Below are positions 27,433 to 32,000 of a DNA stretch of 32,000 bases, in pieces. Both the position numbers and the translations under genes were made by a program. The notes under the pieces were generated by a model. That model was given only the letters and a program-made list of their open reading frames with translations. It was not told the DNA's origin and made no database searches. Source of the stretch: Methylorubrum extorquens (GTDB lineage: Bacteria; Pseudomonadota; Alphaproteobacteria; Rhizobiales; Beijerinckiaceae); contig LT962688.1 in assembly GCA_900234795.1 (NCBI GenBank), forward strand, positions 2,400,001 to 2,432,000. Reading direction: 5' to 3'. How positions within the stretch are numbered: position 1 is the first letter of the stretch; each line of letters starts with the position of its first letter.

Positions 27433-28371
27433 ATGCCGAGTGACGCCGACCTTTCGCCCACACGCTCGTTCCAGGGCCTGATCCTCACCCTGCAGCGCTT
27501 CTGGGCAGCCAAGGGCTGCGTGATCCTCCAGCCCTACGACATGGAGGTCGGCGCCGGCACCTTCCATCCGGCCACGACCCTGCGGGCCCTCGGCCCGAAG
27601 CCGTGGAAAGCGGCCTATGTGCAGCCCTCGCGGCGGCCGAAAGACGGGCGCTACGGCGAGAACCCCAACCGGCTGCAGCACTATTACCAGTTTCAGGTGA
27701 TCCTGAAGCCGAACCCGCCGAACCTCCAAGAGCTGTACCTTGCCTCGCTGGAGGCGATCGGCGTCGATCTCAAGCTCCACGACATCCGCTTCGTCGAGGA
27801 CGATTGGGAGAGCCCGACGCTCGGCGCCTGGGGCCTGGGCTGGGAATGCTGGTGCGACGGGATGGAGGTGAGCCAGTTCACCTACTTCCAGCAGGTCGCG
27901 GGCTTCGAATGCGCCCCGGTGGCCGGCGAGCTGACCTACGGCCTGGAACGCCTCGCGATGTACGTGCAGGGCGTCGAGAACGTCTACGATCTCAACTTCA
28001 ACGGCGGCGAGGGGGACGACAAGGTCACCTACGGCGACGTCTTCCTCCAGTCCGAGCAGGAATATTCGCGGCACAACTTCGAGGCCGCGGACACGGCGAT
28101 GCTGTTCCGCCACTTCGCCGACGCGGAGAAGGCCTGCCGCCTCTATCTCGAAGCCGGGGCCCCCGAGAGCGAGGGTGCGCGCCACCGCATCGTGCAGCCG
28201 GCCTACGACCAGTGCATCAAGGCGAGCCACGTCTTCAACCTGCTCGACGCCCGCGGCGTGATCTCGGTCACCGAGCGTCAGAGCTACATCCTGCGCGTAC
28301 GCGAACTGGCTAAGGCCTGCGGCGCCGCATGGTTGAAGACAGAGGCCGGCGGCCACGCCGCAGCGGCCTGA
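27433..28371 (+). CDS. glyQ: glycine--tRNA ligase alpha subunit
   Basis: [81 protein letters not shown]... is near-invariant GlyQ sequence. Confidence 0.95.
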   Translation: MPSDADLSPTRSFQGLILTLQRFWAAKGCVILQPYDMEVGAGTFHPATTLRALGPKPWKAAYVQPSRRPKDGRYGENPNRLQHYYQFQVILKPNPPNLQELYLASLEAIGVDLKLHDIRFVEDDWESPTLGAWGLGWECWCDGMEVSQFTYFQQVAGFECAPVAGELTYGLERLAMYVQGVENVYDLNFNGGEGDDKVTYGDVFLQSEQEYSRHNFEAADTAMLFRHFADAEKACRLYLEAGAPESEGARHRIVQPAYDQCIKASHVFNLLDARGVISVTERQSYILRVRELAKACGAAWLKTEAGGHAAAA

Positions 28372-28374
28372 ACG

Positions 28375-28818
28375 ATGCGCCGCCGCGCCGTCCTCGCCCT
28401 CGCCCTCGGGCTGCTCGTCGGCCCCGCCTTCGCGCAATCCGCGACCGACCCGGTGGAGACCGTGCGGGCCTTCTACGCGGCGGACGACATCAACGCGGTG
28501 CGCTTCTACGCCAAATCCCTGCGCGTGCTCTACGAGCGCGACCAGCGCGAGGCGAAGGGCGAGGTCGGGCGGCTCGGATTCGCTTTTCACGTCAACGGCC
28601 AGGACACCGAGCCGGGTTTCGCCAAGTCGTTGGCGCTCGCCCCACTCTCGAACGACGGCGAACGGGCCGAGGTGCGGGCGACCTTCCGCAACGGCGGGCC
28701 GCAGGAACTGCGCTACAACCTTGTGCGCGAGGCCGGCGCATGGAAGCTCGCCAACGTTCGCTCGCTGAAGGGCGAGACCTGGGATCTCGTTGCCATCCTG
28801 TCGGCGCCGCTGCCCTAG
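28375..28818 (+). CDS. hypothetical secreted protein (147 aa)
   Basis: ATG lies 3 nt after the glyQ stop. The signal peptide is MRRRAVLALALGLLVGPAFA/QS. The TAG stop is the first bases of repeat copy B. Confidence 0.65.
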   Translation: MRRRAVLALALGLLVGPAFAQSATDPVETVRAFYAADDINAVRFYAKSLRVLYERDQREAKGEVGRLGFAFHVNGQDTEPGFAKSLALAPLSNDGERAEVRATFRNGGPQELRYNLVREAGAWKLANVRSLKGETWDLVAILSAPLP

Positions 28819-28921
28819 AGCCGTATCCGACCCCATTGCATCGGGCCGGCGTCTCTCGGTTTCTGTTTCAACACGCTTTCTTTCGCCGAACCGGTGTTCA
28901 CTTCGTCGGAAAGCGCTTGAG
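28818..28921 (+). repeat. interspersed intergenic repeat, copy B (two-hairpin element)
   Basis: Same orientation as, and aligns without gaps to, 24009-24112. Hairpins are ccg(a)ccc/ggg(c)cgg and cgctttc..cg(c)cgaa / ttcg(t)cg..gaaagcg. Confidence 0.75.
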
Positions 28922-28945
28922 CGCGCGGTCGCGCAGCGAACCGTC

Positions 28946-28963
28946 CCGTCATCGAAGCGACAT
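28946..28963 (+). promoter_or_regulatory. candidate Pho box (PhoB site) upstream of phoX
   Basis: CCGTCAT cgaa GCGACAT compared with the consensus CTGTCAT-N4-CTGTCAT gives 6/7 and 4/7 matches with an 11-nt period. It lies 32-50 nt upstream of the possible phoX starts. Confidence 0.25.
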
Positions 28964-29012
28964 CGGACGGGCGTAGGCGCGCCGCCTCACGAAGGTGGAT
29001 GAGACGCGCCCT

Positions 29013-30899
29013 ATGTCCGACACGCCCGACGCTCCGACCCTCGATGCGGTGATCGCGCAGCGCTTCTCCCGGCGCGACCTGATGCGTGGCTCTCTGGCCG
29101 CCGCGCTCGCCGCCGGACTCGCGCCGCAGACCGTCGCGGCCCCCGCCGAGGCCTCCGCCTTCGACTTTCCCGAACTCGCCGCCGGGATCGATGAGCACCT
29201 GCACGTGGCCGAGGGCTACGAGGCGAAGCCCCTGCTGCGCTGGGGCGACCCGCTGTTTCCCGACGCGCCGGCCTTCGATCCGCAAAAGCAGAGCGCGCGG
29301 GCTCAGGAGCGTCAGTTCGGCTACAACAACGACTTCGTCGGCTTCATCCCGCTCGACGCGGCGGGCCAGCGTGGCCTGCTCGTGGTCAACCACGAATACA
29401 CCAATGCCGAACTGATGTTTCCCGGCCTCAAGGCCGCCGACCGCAAGGGCGTGATCGCCGCCCTGAGTCCGGAGCAGGTCGCGATCGAAATGGCAGCCCA
29501 CGGCGGCTCGGTGGTCGAGATCGTCCGCGAGGCGGAAGGCTGGCGCGCGGTGATCGGCTCGCCCTACACGCGGCGCATCACGGCGGAGACGCCGATCGCC
29601 CTCACAGGCCCGGCGGCGGGTCATCCCCGCCTCATGACCGAGGCCGACCCGACCGGCCGGCGCGTGCTCGGCATAATCAATAACTGCTCCGGCGGTGTCA
29701 CGCCCTGGGGCACGTGGCTCTCGGGCGAGGAGAACATCAACTACTACTTCTCCGGAACTCTCCCTGCCGGACATGCGGAGGCCGGCAACGCGAAAGCGAT
29801 CGGCATGGGCAGCCCGCAATATGCCTGGAGCCGCTTCCATCCGCGCTTCGATCTCGCACAGGCGCCGAACGAGCCGAACCGGTTCGGCTGGGTGGTCGAG
29901 ATCGATCCGTTCGATCCGGCCTCGACGCCGAAGAAGCGCACGGCGCTCGGCCGGTTCAAGCATGAGGGTGCGGCGGGCGCGCGTTCACTCGACGGACGCT
30001 ACGTCGTCTATCTCGGCGACGACGAGCGCTTCCAGCATGTCTACTGCTTCGTCAGCGAGGGCCGGGTGCAGGCCGAGCGCGCGGACAACGCTGACCTCCT
30101 CGATTCCGGCACGCTCAGCGTCGCGCGGTTCGAGCCCGACGGCACCGGCCGCTGGCTGCCGCTGGTGCACGGCGCGAACGGGCTCGATGCGGGCAACGGT
30201 TTCGCCTCCCAGGCCGATGTGCTGATCGAGGCCCGCCGCGCCGCCAAGAGCCTCGGCGCCACGGCGATGGACCGGCCCGAGGACATCGAGGCGAACCCGC
30301 GCACCGGCCGCGTCTACGTGATGCTGACCAACAACGGGAAGCGCAGCGCCGATCAAGAGGAGCCCGCCAACCCGCGCGGCCCCAACGCCTTCGGCCACGT
30401 CATCGAGATCGCCCCCGACGGCACCGACCACGCCGCCGAGACCTTCCGCTGGGAGGTGCTGGTGCGCTGCGGCGACCCGGCCAAGCCCGAGGTGAAGGCG
30501 AGCTTTTCCGCGCTCACCACGGAGAACGGGTGGTTCGGCATGCCCGACAACTGCACAATCGACGGGCGCGGCCGCCTCTGGATCGCCACCGACGGCAACA
30601 ACCGCCGCGCCACCGGCCGGGCCGACGGTATCTGGGCGGTGGAAACGGAAGGCCCGCGCCGGGGCACCGCGCGCCACTTCCTGCGGGTGCCGGTGGGCGC
30701 CGAGATGTGCGGCCCCTGCTTCACCCCCGACGACGAGACCTTCTTCGTCGCCGTCCAGCATCCCGGTGAGCCCGACGAGGAGGGCGCCCTCGGCTCCTAC
30801 GAGAAGCCCTCGACCCGTTGGCCGGATTTTTCGCCCGACCTGCCGCCGCGGCCCTCCGTCGTGGCGGTGCGGCGGACGGGGGGCGGACGGATCGGCTGA
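29013..30899 (+). CDS. phoX: PhoX-family (DUF839) alkaline phosphatase with Tat signal
   Basis: The twin-arginine signal is FSRRDLMRGSLAAALAAGLAPQTVAAPAEA. PhoX-type blocks are LLVVNHEYTN, NNCSGGVTPWGTWLSGEEN and RFKHEGAA. The start could be ATG 29013 or GTG 28995. Confidence 0.82.
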   Translation: MSDTPDAPTLDAVIAQRFSRRDLMRGSLAAALAAGLAPQTVAAPAEASAFDFPELAAGIDEHLHVAEGYEAKPLLRWGDPLFPDAPAFDPQKQSARAQERQFGYNNDFVGFIPLDAAGQRGLLVVNHEYTNAELMFPGLKAADRKGVIAALSPEQVAIEMAAHGGSVVEIVREAEGWRAVIGSPYTRRITAETPIALTGPAAGHPRLMTEADPTGRRVLGIINNCSGGVTPWGTWLSGEENINYYFSGTLPAGHAEAGNAKAIGMGSPQYAWSRFHPRFDLAQAPNEPNRFGWVVEIDPFDPASTPKKRTALGRFKHEGAAGARSLDGRYVVYLGDDERFQHVYCFVSEGRVQAERADNADLLDSGTLSVARFEPDGTGRWLPLVHGANGLDAGNGFASQADVLIEARRAAKSLGATAMDRPEDIEANPRTGRVYVMLTNNGKRSADQEEPANPRGPNAFGHVIEIAPDGTDHAAETFRWEVLVRCGDPAKPEVKASFSALTTENGWFGMPDNCTIDGRGRLWIATDGNNRRATGRADGIWAVETEGPRRGTARHFLRVPVGAEMCGPCFTPDDETFFVAVQHPGEPDEEGALGSYEKPSTRWPDFSPDLPPRPSVVAVRRTGGGRIG

Positions 30900-31054
30900 C
30901 GGGACCGTCATCCCGAGGAGACGCCGAATCGATCCCGAGAAACCGCGTCCCTGGCCTGCTTCGCGGACGCGCGCGATGACGATGGGGCGGCGGTGACAGA
31001 TGGGGGCCATCTCCCGTCTCGACGCGGCCCGAGCGGGCGGCTATTCCCGCGCGC

Positions 31055-32000
31055 ATGCCTGACCTTCTGCTCGAACTCCGCTCCGAAGAGATCCCCGCGC
31101 GCATGCAGCGGCGTGCGGCCGAGGATCTGAAGAAGCTCGTCACCGACGCGCTGGTCGAGCGCGGTTTCCTCTACGAGGGCGCCAAGGCGTTCGCGACGCC
31201 GCGGCGGCTGGCGCTGCACGTCGCCGGGCTGCCCGCCCGCGGCGAGGCGGTGCGCGAGGAGCGGCGCGGCCCCCGCGTCGGCGCGCCGGAAGCCGCCGTA
31301 CAGGGCTTCCTGAAGAGCGCGGGGCTCGCGAGCATCGATCAGGCCACCACCGTCACCGATCCGAAAAAGGGCGAGTTCTACCTCGCGGTGATCGAGCGGC
31401 CCGGCCGCGAGACGCTGGACGTGCTGGCCGAGATCCTGCCGGGCATCATCAAGAGCTTCCCCTGGCCGAAATCGATGCGCTGGGGTGCGGCTTCGGCCCA
31501 GCCCGGCTCCCTGCGCTGGGTGCGCCCGCTGCAATCGATCGTCGCCACCTTCGGCCCCGAGACTGAGACGCCGGAGGTCGTGCCGTTCTCGGTCGATGGC
31601 ATCACCGCCGGCCTGGTCACGAGTGGCCACCGCTTCCTCGCGTCCGAACCCTTCGAGGTGCGCCGCTTCGACGATTACGTGCAGGCGCTGGAGCGCGCCG
31701 ACGTGATCCTCGATGCCGACCGGCGCAAGGACATCATCCTGCACGACGCGAAGGATCTCGCCTTCGCCCGCGGCCTCGACCTCGTGGAGGACGAGGGCCT
31801 GCTGGAGGAGGTGGCCGGGCTGGTGGAGCGGCCCGTGGTGCTGATGGGCTCGTTCGAGGAGCGCTTCCTGGAGATCCCGGCCGAGGCGATCCGGGCGACC
31901 ATTCGCGCCAATCAGAAGTGCTTCGTGCTGCGCAAATCCGGCTCGGACGAGCTGGCGCCGGCCTTCGTGCTGGTCTCGAACCTCATCGCCTCCGATGGTG
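31055..32000 (+). CDS. glyS: glycine--tRNA ligase beta subunit, N-terminal part (3' end outside the window)
   Basis: It is not in the ORF track because there is no stop in the window. ATG 31055 gives [60 protein letters not shown]... KSMRWG... [21 protein letters not shown], canonical GlyS sequence. Confidence 0.93.
   Translation, partial: MPDLLLELRSEEIPARMQRRAAEDLKKLVTDALVERGFLYEGAKAFATPRRLALHVAGLPARGEAVREERRGPRVGAPEAAVQGFLKSAGLASIDQATTVTDPKKGEFYLAVIERPGRETLDVLAEILPGIIKSFPWPKSMRWGAASAQPGSLRWVRPLQSIVATFGPETETPEVVPFSVDGITAGLVTSGHRFLASEPFEVRRFDDYVQALERADVILDADRRKDIILHDAKDLAFARGLDLVEDEGLLEEVAGLVERPVVLMGSFEERFLEIPAEAIRATIRANQKCFVLRKSGSDELAPAFVLVSNLIASDG

Overview
High-GC (about 70%) chromosomal segment. 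Gene content suggests an alphaproteobacterium of the Rhizobiales, possibly Methylobacterium-like (inference). It is mostly housekeeping backbone: parE, a TPR protein, ispE, ispB, DUF2007, an NPPF methyltransferase, an S49 peptidase, glyQ and glyS (3' end outside the window). Transport and stress genes are also present: an MFS transporter, two fused ABC exporters, an SPFH protein, two PRC-barrel proteins, a SWIB protein, a Tat-dependent PhoX phosphatase and a DUF1348-TetR pair. I found no tRNA, rRNA, CRISPR array, transposase, integrase or recognisable defence, toxin or secretion system, and I do not see a convincing novel multi-gene system. Most long ORFs in the track are antisense or out-of-frame artefacts of high GC (Arg/Ala/Pro/Gly-rich translations). 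The points worth a second look are local. (1) Two genes, an LLM flavin monooxygenase and a porin, are each broken by a +1 frameshift inside a GGGGG run. (2) A roughly 105-nt two-hairpin repeat occurs twice in the same orientation (24009 and 28818). (3) Two sharply AT-rich islets (about 30% and 40% GC) interrupt otherwise core gene neighbourhoods; one sits upstream of the porin and one carries an orphan small membrane ORF. (4) A perfect GGAAC-N17-CGTT promoter of the general-stress sigma EcfG type lies upstream of a 63-aa tail-anchored ORF, and weaker GGAAC-N16/17-AGTT sites precede two other small genes. (5) A 13-bp inverted repeat sits at the DUF1348-TetR promoter, and a Pho-box-like direct repeat lies upstream of phoX. 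(6) glyQ and glyS are separated by two inserted genes. All functional calls rest on motif recognition by eye. No database search was run.
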